Below are positions 50,401-62,800 of a stretch of DNA of 64,000 nt, one piece after another. Every line of letters begins with the position of its first letter. The stretch's first letter is position 1. The translations under genes were made by a program, and so were the position numbers. Source of the DNA: Bugula neritina (taxonomy: Eukaryota; Animalia; Bryozoa). The stretch covers positions 22,832,628 through 22,896,627 of the forward strand of contig OZ037767.1 in NCBI GenBank assembly GCA_964035545.1, written 5' to 3'. Under the pieces are notes generated by a model, which was given only the letters and a program-made list of their open reading frames with translations, had not been told where the DNA came from and ran no database searches.

Positions 50401-50769
50401 AGTTAATATTTCAACCGGCCTGTTCCTAGAAAAACCTATAACCTTCAGGTGACCATCACACAGCTCAGAGGACACAAAAATGTTGGGCAAACTACTGCTT
50501 TCTATCCTGAAAAGATGATCCAGCCAAATCTTTGCTTATTTATATTTGGTGATAGATCTTCACTAGCTCCAGATTACAGCTTTGCTTGCTTATTTGTATG
50601 CTTATTCTGAACCACAAGTGCTTTTTGGTGGTGAAAGAAAAAGCTAAAATTTCGGGTACATAGGACTGGCACTTAGCAATAATATTTTACAAGTGTACTT
50701 CCATGTGTTCAATAGAAACAATTTTCTACAACTGCTGTCTCTTTTGCGTTTGATTGAGAAGAAAACATT

Positions 50770-50866
50770 AAGCGTAGGGCCACACGAAGCGTTTTACACG
50801 TTCTTGGCATGACGTGACGGGTTTTCTCGCATGTCACAAACGTGTAAAACGTGTGGCCCTACGCTT
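50770..50866. mobile_element. 97-bp foldback/MITE (Harbinger-like)
   Basis: Perfect 17-bp TIR AAGCGTAGGGCCACACG/CGTGTGGCCCTACGCTT plus inner CGTTTTACACGTT/AACGTGTAAAACG arms. Confidence 0.7.
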
Positions 50867-53800
50867 GGATAACAAGAAAGCAAAATAATATTATTATGGA
50901 GTGAAATACAGACAATAGGTAAGCAGCTGGTACAAGATAACGATTTAACTTTTAATAAAAGTCATTGCATATATCAGAAATTATTACAAATTTTAGTTCT
51001 ATTCGTCAGATTTTCATAGTAAGGTATCATATTGTAGTACAATTTTCTAACTAGAACACTTTAATCAGAGTTGTCTACCCAAAAAGTATTGTTTATAAAT
51101 CAATGCAAAGTTTCAATGCAAGAACATAAGATTTAAGGTCTAAGCTAATATTTGATAAACATAATTTTATGACTATAGTAGTGCAATCTTATTTTGCAAA
51201 GAACACGTTCATGCCATCCAAAGTGCTTACGTACACCATTCTTCATTTATTGCATGCGCAAGCTGCATATTTTAATGTAGTGTTTTAGTATGCACTGTAA
51301 ACATTTACCATTCTTTCATCAACTCATACCGCAAGTACCATTTACTGTGTTTTAATATATAGGAAAGGTATTTATCCCAGACTGAAAAAAATAGCAATGT
51401 GAAAATCGTTATAAGCATAGTTGCAAGTTGCAAGTGTGAAAATAAGTGAAAATGTTGGGTTTTTATACCAGTCAAAATGGTCAGCTATTCTGTCGTAGCC
51501 ATAATGAGTGTGGGAAAAGCATAATAGAGCTGGCATAGCTGTGATGATACATGAAAGGCTATAATGAATTAAGGAAAAGTTTTCCAAACTTTTGTAATGT
51601 CCCAACACCAATACCGGTTTTTAGGTTCAAAGGTGCTTAGTTTCTTTCCTTCTGAGCTTTACACGAGATAAAACAAAACATTTTATTTTCCCCCAGCAAA
51701 TTAATTGGAGAACAAATATAGACTATGCTAAGCATAAGCAAATTGTTAAAGTGTTCAACATTGAAGATAGTAAAGTATGAAAGCAATATAAAATGTCTTT
51801 GATGCGAGGATTGTTTTTATCTTATTAAAGATATTATATTTTTAGCCTATGTAGTTGACACAGAGCTAGCAGCTAGTGCGAAGCTCCAAAAACTAAATGA
51901 GGCCTTTTAACTCTATTATATGTTTCACACTGAGTTAAGTTTTACATTTCAAAACAAGCATAGTAATAATATTAGTAGTACATAGTGTAATTATCAAGTT
52001 TAACTTGTAACTTTTTGATCTTTTTAAACTGAATTCAAATTCATATAAGCTTGCTAAATTAACAAATAGTTCTGGCTGTCCAATGCTTTGATATTATGAA
52101 GTTTTGAAATTATAGAACTATTCAATGCTTTAAAGTCATAGTTTTATCTGAACAATCTTTTTAATCTCTAACTTTATTCTGAACTGCTGCAACCTAAAAG
52201 CACACGGAGGATAACTCCTAACAAATCAGAATATAGAATTAAGAGTTATCTCCTTTTGACCGCTTGGTGCTTTAGTATATTAAAGCCATTGGGTTAAAGT
52301 TATCATCCCTAAGATGCACACTAATAATAGTGAAAGATGCATTTTTAAACTGTTTATTTTATCTAAAACTTTTTAAGATAATTCTATTAATTTAATTAAC
52401 GTTATAACTCTATATATTATACAAACATATAGCTAAATGTAAAGCTAGAACAAAAACCTTGTAGTTGTTTATTGATCAGCCAATAACATTTCAAACCCAC
52501 ATTTTGCTTAGACAGGTTATTTATGATGCAATGCATTTATAGCTACTTAATAAGTTTTTCGTGGCCATAAAGTTACGAAAAAATTTGGCATTTTACTCAT
52601 GGAATATCTTACTGATACATTATCAAGCTTTTTCAATCACTTTAAATAACGTTTATAGAAGAGTATTGTTTAAACAGTATAAAGTTGTACAAAGAAAAGT
52701 GTTGACTACAATGCAGTATAGAATTCGTATAGTTTGTCATAAGCAGGTTCGAATATGTAAATGAGTATTGAATGCACATGTTTTTATAATAAATACCACG
52801 CAGGATAGTTAAGCGCAACCTTTTAGCTGCAACTGCCTTGCTGAGGTTTACATTGTAATAATATAAGAATTCAGTACCTTTAGCAAATCAAGGCTGATTG
52901 CTAGGTGGCAATTAATACAGATTTCCCTCTTATTGGTTTATATTTTTCTGGCTCTAGCTTTAGAGCTCTCTTTGTGTAGTACATGTAAAAGGTTATTGAG
53001 ATTCGCCATTTAGAGTTCAATATTTTTCTTTATTGATTCTAATAACGTAGCATGAAATCTAAGATTACACAATAATCTTCTTTCTACAGCATAATATAGC
53101 AAAACTGCATCATATAATAATACTCATTTGTTCAACAGAAAAAAATATAACTTTTAAAAATTACACAATACAAGCTTTAATAACATGACACATAACTACA
53201 CAAAATAATGTCTAACAAAGCAAACAAGTAAGCATACTTTTGTAATTCATACAACGCGTACTACTTCTATTTTTTATCTTTTTTGAATACTATTATAATC
53301 TCTTCTGCATGAATCTGTGACTGGTCAGCTCAACTGTTACATGTGGACTGATCACTTTAGGAATGCTACAGTTAGTAGTACCTAATAGCTATTTGAACTA
53401 GCCCTTCCCATTCCTCAAGGCAGAGACGTGCATGCCCAAACCTATTCATGACAGCTACAGATGATATTAGCTGCGAGTGTTGTCTGAATAGAAATTAATT
53501 ACAGTACCTGTATAACTGGTTGTGTGTTGCCCACAATGACCCCATTAACTTCCTATCTATGTTTAGGTGACATAGTCAGCAGGCATTACTCATCTACCTT
53601 GTGCTGACTATTAGATTTGTGGTTAGGTCATTGTGGTTGGGGTGGCTGTCATTCTTGCCCTACCTGTACCGGGCTGGGTTGGTACCCTGAGGCTACCCAG
53701 TGAATGTTTACTATGTTTTGGGACACAATCATTGTGGTATTTTTTAGGGACAATAGTTGTTTATGCAATATGTTTTTGCCTGGTACAGTAACAACAACCA

Positions 53801-54894
53801 GAGTATATAAACACTTTACAAACTTAATACAATCAGTTGGCAGCACTCTTTAACAAAACTGTAATTACTATTTTATTAATCTACTGGTTTGAGAATATAT
53901 TATTTACTGGACCCAAGAGTTTTTACCAGCAAGTTTAACAACAAGTATAACCTTCAATAAACTTCTGCGTTTGGAAATCCTGGTTTATTCATATTCATAA
54001 AATAAAATTTCACCGAACTGTGCTAGAACCAAAATTTGAAAACTGTGTTGTAGATCTTTTTTTCCCCAGTGCAACTTTTTTGGAATTTTCAATTTTAATT
54101 TTTTCTGTAAAGTTATAGACAAGAAACTGCCCATTTTTGGCCAATTTTGCTTGAAAATTTAACTTTTTCAGTACCAGTGAAATATCACCCCAGGAAAACA
54201 TGATACCTGAATAAAAAAAGCACTGTTGAAATCCTAAAAAATTTCTGCAGTGCAAGCTGTTTTTGTCTTTTTTTCCAATAACTCTTCTTGATTTTATATA
54301 AATTAGTGATTTATACACTGAAATTGCTATATTTTTCTCAGTAATTAATACCTCGGTTCAGTGACACCCAGAGATGAGAAGATCATGGAGCAGCCACGTT
54401 GGTAGATGATGCAGCCTTAATTTAAGTTGCTGTTTATTGGCTGTAGCTTGATCTCAGGCTAAACAATTGCAAGTAGGCAACAACCATGCCACCCACAGAT
54501 CAATATTATACAAGAACTAAAACTACATTTTAAAAGATATTTATGATATTCTTAGTAAGGATACTCCTACAGTTCCACTGCAGTTCCCTACAGTTTCACT
54601 CACTGAATTATATTTAGATATTCAAGGATTCAATAACTCAGGGGATAAAGCTACTACACAGTACGAATAGTAAAAACTATATACTCGTTCACAGACTTCA
54701 TACTATCACAGAAACGCATATTGCTCCTAGTCAAACCATTCATCAGCACTCAAAGGTAAGCTAATCTTCTGTAAATGTCGAGCTTATCAGTGGCTGATGT
54801 TAAATAATAAATATGACTCAGATAATGCTGTGATTATTTAGAACATCAAATATAGAAACTTTTACCAAAAATCAACTCGCTGCGTGTCATTTGA

Positions 54895-55464
54895 GAGAAA
54901 AATGGCACAGGTAAAAATGGCACTGGTAATAAGGGCACAAATGGAGAAGCAAGAAAAAATGGCAAACTGATGTTAAATTTTCTCAAACCTCAAACTCAAA
55001 CTCAAACCCTCAACCCTTAAACCCCAACTCCAAACTCAAACCCCCATTCCCAAACTCCTACCCCCAAAGGGTGTCATCCCAGATAGCCGTTTCCTAGTTA
55101 AACGCTATTTATTTATTTTAGTACACTACTATATATAGTTTATGTGCAATTTATTTGAATATTATTAAAATATATGTATGCTTAAAAAATTGGATTAATG
55201 TTTGTTTTTTAGCACATATATAATTTTTTTCATTTTACATTAACTTATTAATTTTGGATTTTCTATACTTCTTGTTGTTTTAAAAGATATTTTGTTAATA
55301 ATTATTTACTGAAGATAATGTCTATCATTGATGTATTGCTGATTTTTGGCTCACCCAAATCTGTGAAAACTGGCACATTATTTTAAATAATTTATATTAG
55401 CTATTATAGCTATTAGCATATTAGTTATTTAGCAATCAATACAACAGTTATACAGTTATACAGG

Positions 55465-55512
<48 letters not shown>

Positions 55513-55662
55513 ATATATACAGTAGGTATATTACAATATATATGGCACCAAAATAAAAAATAACTAAAGATGAAACCTCCTGAAAACCCTATTCCACCCC
55601 AGACCCTAATATTAAAAATGTGCCACTTTTACCTACTTTGCTATTTGTGCCATTTTTACTTC
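54895..55662. mobile_element. Non-autonomous element with subterminal inverted AAAAATGGCAC repeats, C-rich tract and (TA)n core
   Basis: Left: GGTAAAAATGGCAC repeats then (AAACYC)n; right: GTGCCACTTTTACC...GTGCCATTTTTAC. Family not assigned (MITE or Helentron-derived). Confidence 0.5.
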
Positions 55663-56834
55663 AAGTAGAAGAATTACACAGCATACTGATTATTACATCA
55701 ACCTTTGGTGTAGCACTGTTTATTACAAAAGATAAACGCATAATCTTCAGAAGTTTTCAAATATTTGTTAGCTATTGCAATTGTTACATAACCTATATGA
55801 AGTACTTAAATTAGGCAGTATTGTAATTTTAATAACACCTATTGACAAAATGTAGCTAAGTCTTAGTCAAATTAAACTATGTTTATATATTGTATAACAG
55901 TTAACTATTTGCTGACTTTACACTTACATTTCCCATTCCATTCCTGAGTATGAAAATAAAGTCAAGAGAAGGTAATCTTACAAATAACAGATTATCACCT
56001 TTGGTTGTACTTTCTTGGATAAAAATTAGTTTTAATGTTTCTCTTTTAAAATATTTCAAGATATTAATATCATAAGATATAAGATATCAAAATACCTCAC
56101 GAAATGTCATAATTTATGTACATATCGATCAACCTTCAATTATGTGACTAATATTTTGATGCAGTAGCAGAGAATTTCAATAACTTTATAAGTCTGTTAA
56201 TTGGTCAAAAGAATTTTAATTTGGGCCATGTGTGTGCTGGCTACAGTATTCATGAACAAACAATATTCTTAATCAGTAGTTAATTGTTAAGAATTTAGGC
56301 TTTTCCTCACTTCTCCATGATTGCAGTTACCTCGTACATGTGTAATGAAAACTTTAAACTCTTACATATATGCGTAAATCTTTAATAGTTCTTAAGCTTT
56401 ATTGATATAAAACTGACTGTGGGGAAGAAAACCTTTACAGACACCTCATGAATGGATACAATGTAAATAATAATCAGTTTACAGTTGTATAGAAATTAAG
56501 TTATCTAGAAATAAATTTAACTAACTGAATAATTTGCTGTATAAGTTGCAAGTGCTCACCACTTTATATATTGTCTATATCTATAGAAATATATAATATT
56601 ATTGGTTATTTAAAAATTTAATTCACCACGATAACTGGCTTCTATAAGCTGACAGTCTGAATACAGACTTCCCACACCAACTTTAGCTAAGGGTATCTGT
56701 TGAACACTTGACATATGTAATACATTGCAAACAACCAACAGTACATTGTAATAGTTAGTATCACTGGTTATTGCCTCCACATGACTTTCTATACTCTGTT
56801 ACTCTGTACCCTATAGGTTCAATAAGAAAAAGCA

Positions 56835-59800
56835 ATGCTTTTGTGTGGTTTGGAAATACCTCTGTGGGTTCTACTGATTTGTATTGTGTGTCCTCTACTT
56901 TACTGGTAAGCTATCTAGCTTCTCAGATCTCAAGTTGTAGTCTATCTTTATATTAGTTATTCTATATTAATTGTGATACTATACTGTATGTCACAATTTT
57001 ATCTTTCTGAACTTACCCTTATATTAGTTTCAACAATTTTTAACTTGGAAAAGTAAAAACTGCTGTCAATGTGCATGTTTTGAGTATGGAATGGCTGAAA
57101 GGAATATAGTTTAATTTAATACCCTAAACATTTACCTGGTATTATTGATTACATAACAACTTGTTGTGTTTGGTTGGTAGGCATGGAACATCAACATATG
57201 ATACATTTAAAAAGATGGGAGTTCCTTATAGACCTGTTTCTATACCATACGTTGGCAATGCACTGGAGATTCTAACTACAGTGAGTGTAGGAAATGACAG
57301 TGCAAAGTAGAGTAATGGCCTTTTAATCTAGAAATAACCTCCTAAAAAGTGCTCAAAAAATTGGCTTATTACACTAGTCTGTCAGTAGCCCTTAAACATC
57401 TGTAAAAGTCAAGAAGTTTCTGTAAAATGATTTGAATAAACAGAAACATGAGGGATGATCAAAATCAAATTGTTTGAAACAAAACATATAACAAATGTCT
57501 AAAAATAGTGCTTTATTATGAAAAAGTATTCTCACCATCATTTTCATTGTCATCAGTCTCATCAGATTCTTCTTCCCAATATAGCGCTTCTCTTCAGACA
57601 CACCTTACATTGACAAACATCAGGGCACTGCATTTAAAACTTCTGACATCCATATCTTGATGTATTGCAGCTGATCTTACAGGAGCACTATGTGCTCTTC
57701 AACACATGTTCAGGTTCAGGAGCTTGTGTCATCCATTTTATATTTATGCTGGCGCCATTCTCAACAATCCACCCATGATGTTCTGAGGGCAGTGCATCAA
57801 TATAGGCTGTTGCTGCCCTTCTCCATTGGGTTGCCTGATAATTTGCTTTTTTATGTGCAAATTTAATTCATCTTTTGTTGAAGACAAATTTTATTGAAAA
57901 CAATACAGTGCATCTGACATTATATCTATATTTAAATTTCCTGCCTCAGCTCCATAAACTTAACAGGCAAAATTGTTCTACCTGAGCCGCTGTAATGGCT
58001 GGTAGCTTGAAATACTTTTCGAGCTGTTCAAAGCTTCCCATACATTATGGATATTTCTTTCTAAAGAGAGTAGGCTGTGCAGTTTCCTTTTGCATAAAAA
58101 GCACTTGTCAAGTCACAACCTATTGAAGCGGGGAATCCAGGAAGTGCTGCACACAGCTAGAATCCGACCTTTTTGCTGATATGTTGACATCCAAATACCT
58201 CACATGATTACGGTTTCATTCCGATTTTTTTCTTTTGGCACCATATAATATAGTAATATATCTATATAACTGTTGTATTGATTGCTAAATAGCAAATATA
58301 TAGCTATACTGGCTAAAATGAATTATCTGGAAAAGTATTATATATAAAGTTACCAACACATCTATCACCATCTGCATAAGTTTTTTCCTGGATATATGAT
58401 AAACAACCTTCAATACTTTCAAGATAATACGGGGCCAATTTGGACAAAATTGTGGGAAGACAACTCCTGCAAAAGCTTGAAGAGCTTTTGTGGCTAACTG
58501 GGTGCACAGAACAGTCTAGAGTTTTCACAGAGCAATTAGGACTCTTAAAACTCTCCATTTCTAAACAAATTGCTCGGCCACCTCTAGGAGTGTAATGAGT
58601 GAAAGATAATTGGAGGTTACTTCTAGACTATTTACCCTGTTTGTGCATTTGGGAGCAGCTTATAATGCAATCAACCATTACGTCAGCAATTTTAACTATG
58701 ATGTCACTTATTGATCATGCATAAATTTGATTGGACAGTTGGACTAAAAAGCAACAATATGTAATACTGTTGTGTTTAGTTTGAACTGATGACATCAATC
58801 TGAATATTAAGTAATCTTCAAACCAGCTCCTTACAAAGCCGTTGTTGTACATGCAGCTTGCAAGCTTATTATACATTTTTTAATAATTTAAAAGTCCTAC
58901 AAAACAAATAGTAGTTGTCTATAACTGTAAAGAGTCACTATATTATACTGTGAAAATTCATAATATGAACATATTATAACACTATATATAGTGTTATATT
59001 ATTTTCATATGTTGTGTTTTAGGCAGTGCCAATGTTGGACATGAAACTAGTCAAAGAATACCCTGGAAGGATTTATGGGTAATTTTTATTTGTTTCCAGT
59101 CTTACTGTTCCAACATTACTGTCGCATACCTGAATTCACTTGTATTGTTCAAAGTCCTCACAATGACACCTAAAGGTATGGTACTCTATACTAAACTTAC
59201 TGGTGGAACACCAGAGAGCTGGTTCAATATACTATCATATAATATATCAACAGTACAAACAGTTTAATTAATCAATCTGCCGATGTTTGTTGCAACAGGA
59301 TTTGAACTTTAAGTTCTGGTGGATTTGTTTTGAAACCTTCCATGTTTGAGGAGTTTAGACATTCTTAAATTAAATTGTTCAAACGAAAAAGACAGATATC
59401 TGGTCAAATGAAACAGTATCAATGCAGGAAGACAGGACTAGCCTTCTGAGACTATTTATATCCAGATGCTATAATTGTCCAATAATTTTTGTAAATGGAG
59501 ATAAAAATATGTAGACAAAACTTGCTTTTGATGACTTGGCAATTTGCAGTAAATTGAAAAGCTTGCCAAGTAAAATTATGAAAGCCATCATTTGGTGGGT
59601 TGATTTTATGCTGTCAACTTCACTAACTCACTATGTTTTCAAAGGGCATCAAATGGCAATTAGATGGGTCAGATTTCACTTTTTGGAAGTAAGCTTTCGC
59701 ATCAATTTGATTTTAATGGACAAACATTATTAACTGAAACTCGGAACTTTTTTCAGCATAAGTATAAACGCAACTTATCCTAGTTTGTGTTTTTAGAAAG

Positions 59801-62800
59801 AAATGGATAAAATTTAGAACCAGTAAAAAAGTGTCTATTGAGAAGAATTGTCAAATGGTATTTTTTTTATATAATATTGGTATTTAGGAAGCCTATGTAA
59901 TTATAAAAACAACTCTCTATGCTGCTACTGTTGCATAAAATTTCATGGCAAACGTGTAAACCTACAGTTTCTAAATGTTCAAAGTGTAACAAAATGACTT
60001 AGAGAAAGCAGTTTGAGTCACAATAGTAACTTAAAAGGTCACTACAAATGCTTTATTACAAAGCTTAAATACATTGATTGTTCTTTCAATTTTATAAAAC
60101 ATCACTTTTTTAGGTTGAAATATACTATACACAGCTCTGTCTTACATTTGAACTAAGCTTTAAATCATATAATCAGGTCAACTGTTGCTAAAACACCTTT
60201 AATTTAATCAAAATTGTTTGCAACTTTACAGAACATTTCAAGGGCGGCAAGCAGTGCTACAAGTTGTTGATTCAGACGTTGTGAAAGAGATTGCTATTAA
60301 AGAGTTTGCTTCTTTTACTAATAAAAGAAATGTTATAAATGAAAACAGTTTCATTACGAGTCAGATACCAGCATTGAAAGATGATCACTGGAAACATGTT
60401 AGATCTACCATTACACCAACTTTCACCTCTGGGAAATTAAAGCAGGTATATATCCTATGTGTGTGGGAGCAGTTGTGTAATGTAGTGGTTAGAGTGCTGG
60501 TCTAGTAAACACGAGGTGAGTGGTTTGAGTTCAAACATCAGCAGTGATGTTAGAAAGAGCATCTAGTCATTATTGCTTCTGTGCCACATAAGAATAAGTC
60601 TTTGGCCTGCTTTAAAAAACCCTTTTCATGCATCAGGAGTGCTTACAGGCATAGTGACCGTAAAATCTTATAAGTTTATACATTTCATTTGTGTAAAATG
60701 AAACTCTTAAAATGGTTGCAGTGAATGGCGTTAATAATTACCAACATTTTATTGAACAAAAACATAAATATACAGCAACTATTGCTGAATGCTAACCAAT
60801 TATTGACTAGGAAAAAAGGTCACCATTTAAGTGCCATTGGAAAATATATCAGTTATTTTCTCTTATTAGCGTATTTGATCAAACTCTTGTAATTTTTCGT
60901 AACTTCTACTTTGGCTGGTTTCACTTAGTCTAGCACCATACCTATACAACTGTAGAGGAGATGTTTGATTATAATTAGTAAAATCTAATAGTTGTATTAT
61001 TGCATTACAATGTCTTATAGCATTATCATATCATTATAATGTTACATTGCTATTATATCAATGTATTATATTTCACATCAATATATACTCTGCAAAAGAT
61101 TTATTCTTTTATTTAATCTGATTAATTTAAAGATGCAACAAACCATCAATGCATGTGCAGACAAGCTTGCTGAAAAACTGATATCTCTCACTGAATCAAC
61201 GAAATCCCTAGCTGTGGGCGTGTGAGTATTTTCTAGCTTTCGTCACCACTTTGATGTGCTATAGCCAACATTGTTTATTACTCTTAACTACCACTTTGAT
61301 GGTGATTGGTTCTATTGACTGTACTGATGAAACAAATGATTTTTTTCAAAAATAAATGCATAAATGTTGAGTTTCCCTCCAGTAAAGTGCAGACACACTA
61401 ATACTATTTGCTATGTAGACACACGGCAGCCTTCACTATGGATGTTATTGCAAGTACTGCATTTGGTGTGGATGTCGATGCCAGCTCTAACCCAGATCAC
61501 CCATTTGTTTACCATTCCAAACCTTTCCTTGGACTTGCCAAAAGTGAACAGTTTTTTATCAAAAACTTGCAGATTTTTAGAGTGATATTGATTGGTGAGC
61601 AGTATTTTTACTTAACTAATACCCTAAACAGTTTTTAGTTTTGCATCTTCTATAATAGCTTGTAAGTGAAGACTTCAATTTACTGACTTTTAGCTAACTA
61701 AACAAAAAAAAAACTTTTACATTAATTTAAAGAATAGAAGAAACTAAAGCTCTGAATGCGATTCATAAAGAAAAAAAACTTTTTAGCCTGCGTGCAGAAA
61801 GCAGTGGTTACAGCATTGGTTTAGTATGTTGAGGCGTGGGTTTGAATTCAGATAGGCCCATTAGTGATGACCACAAGAGCATCTACTTATAGTTAATGCA
61901 CAGTTCTGTTTAGCAAACAGTACACACTTTACTTGACAATTTCTACCAGAAGTTTATAAAAAACAGAGACTTCAAAAACTTGAGCTTTTTAAAAAATATT
62001 TCTTGTTTATGTTTTGCAATTGCAGTTTTGTTGCCGAGAAAGGTGAAAGAACTGCTTGGTAGTTTCTTTGACATGAAGTTTGCTGGACAGGAAAGTATGA
62101 CCTACTTTGAGAATTTAGTCAACAGAGTCCTTGACCTAAAAAGAGAAGATGCTCAGGTATGCTTAAAGTAAAACTAGTGTCTACTAAAGTAACATTCACC
62201 TTAGTCCTCAAATTACAAGCTGATAGAAGTAAAACACAGCACTGGAAATATCTCAAAGCTGTCCTTATAAAAAAAGCTCTTGCATTTAAAATGTGTTTTG
62301 AGAATTAACATCAATTTTCCAAAGTCCTTTTATATCATCTACAAAACTATTATGATTTAGTAAAAGGAATATAATGTAACTGTTTCTACGCTGAACAATG
62401 ATGTGTAGTATTAAGCTGTTTATGGTTTTCTTGTTCCCAGAAAAGAAATGACTTTCTATCAATGTGTATAGATAATATGGTTGATATAAAGGATGTTGAT
62501 AGAGATTCTGTCAAAATCTCAGATGGGAAAACCTGGACAACAGAGGGTTAGTTATGTATTTATAACTTAGCTATCACATATCATTCTTTAGTACAAGGAC
62601 TAGTAATTCATACCAAGTAATAGTTATTAGATGAGTTAGCTGAAAATTTCTACGCTCTACTGCGAAAACCTGAATCTAAGTCCATGCGCAGTCTATCTTA
62701 TTTACTTCACTGGTTTTCCACGTGAATATAGTGATTATAAACAAATGCATAGAATTTTCAAAAGTAACCTATGCGTCTTTGTATGAGCTGTAAATTATGT

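Noticed and set aside
58975-58998. Perfect 24-nt palindrome TATAACACTATATATAGTGTTATA near a CYP acceptor
   Set aside because: AT-rich low-complexity palindromes are frequent in this window (e.g. ~28206, ~44591, ~46748); no evidence of function.
60468-60545. tRNA gene
   Set aside because: Only degenerate A/B boxes, no cloverleaf; it shares a downstream body with a second copy, so treated as a SINE.
1613-61330. Other CTGANGA heptamers on both strands as additional hammerheads
   Set aside because: Apart from 9521, none of those I checked is followed by stem II, GAAA and a compatible NUH site.
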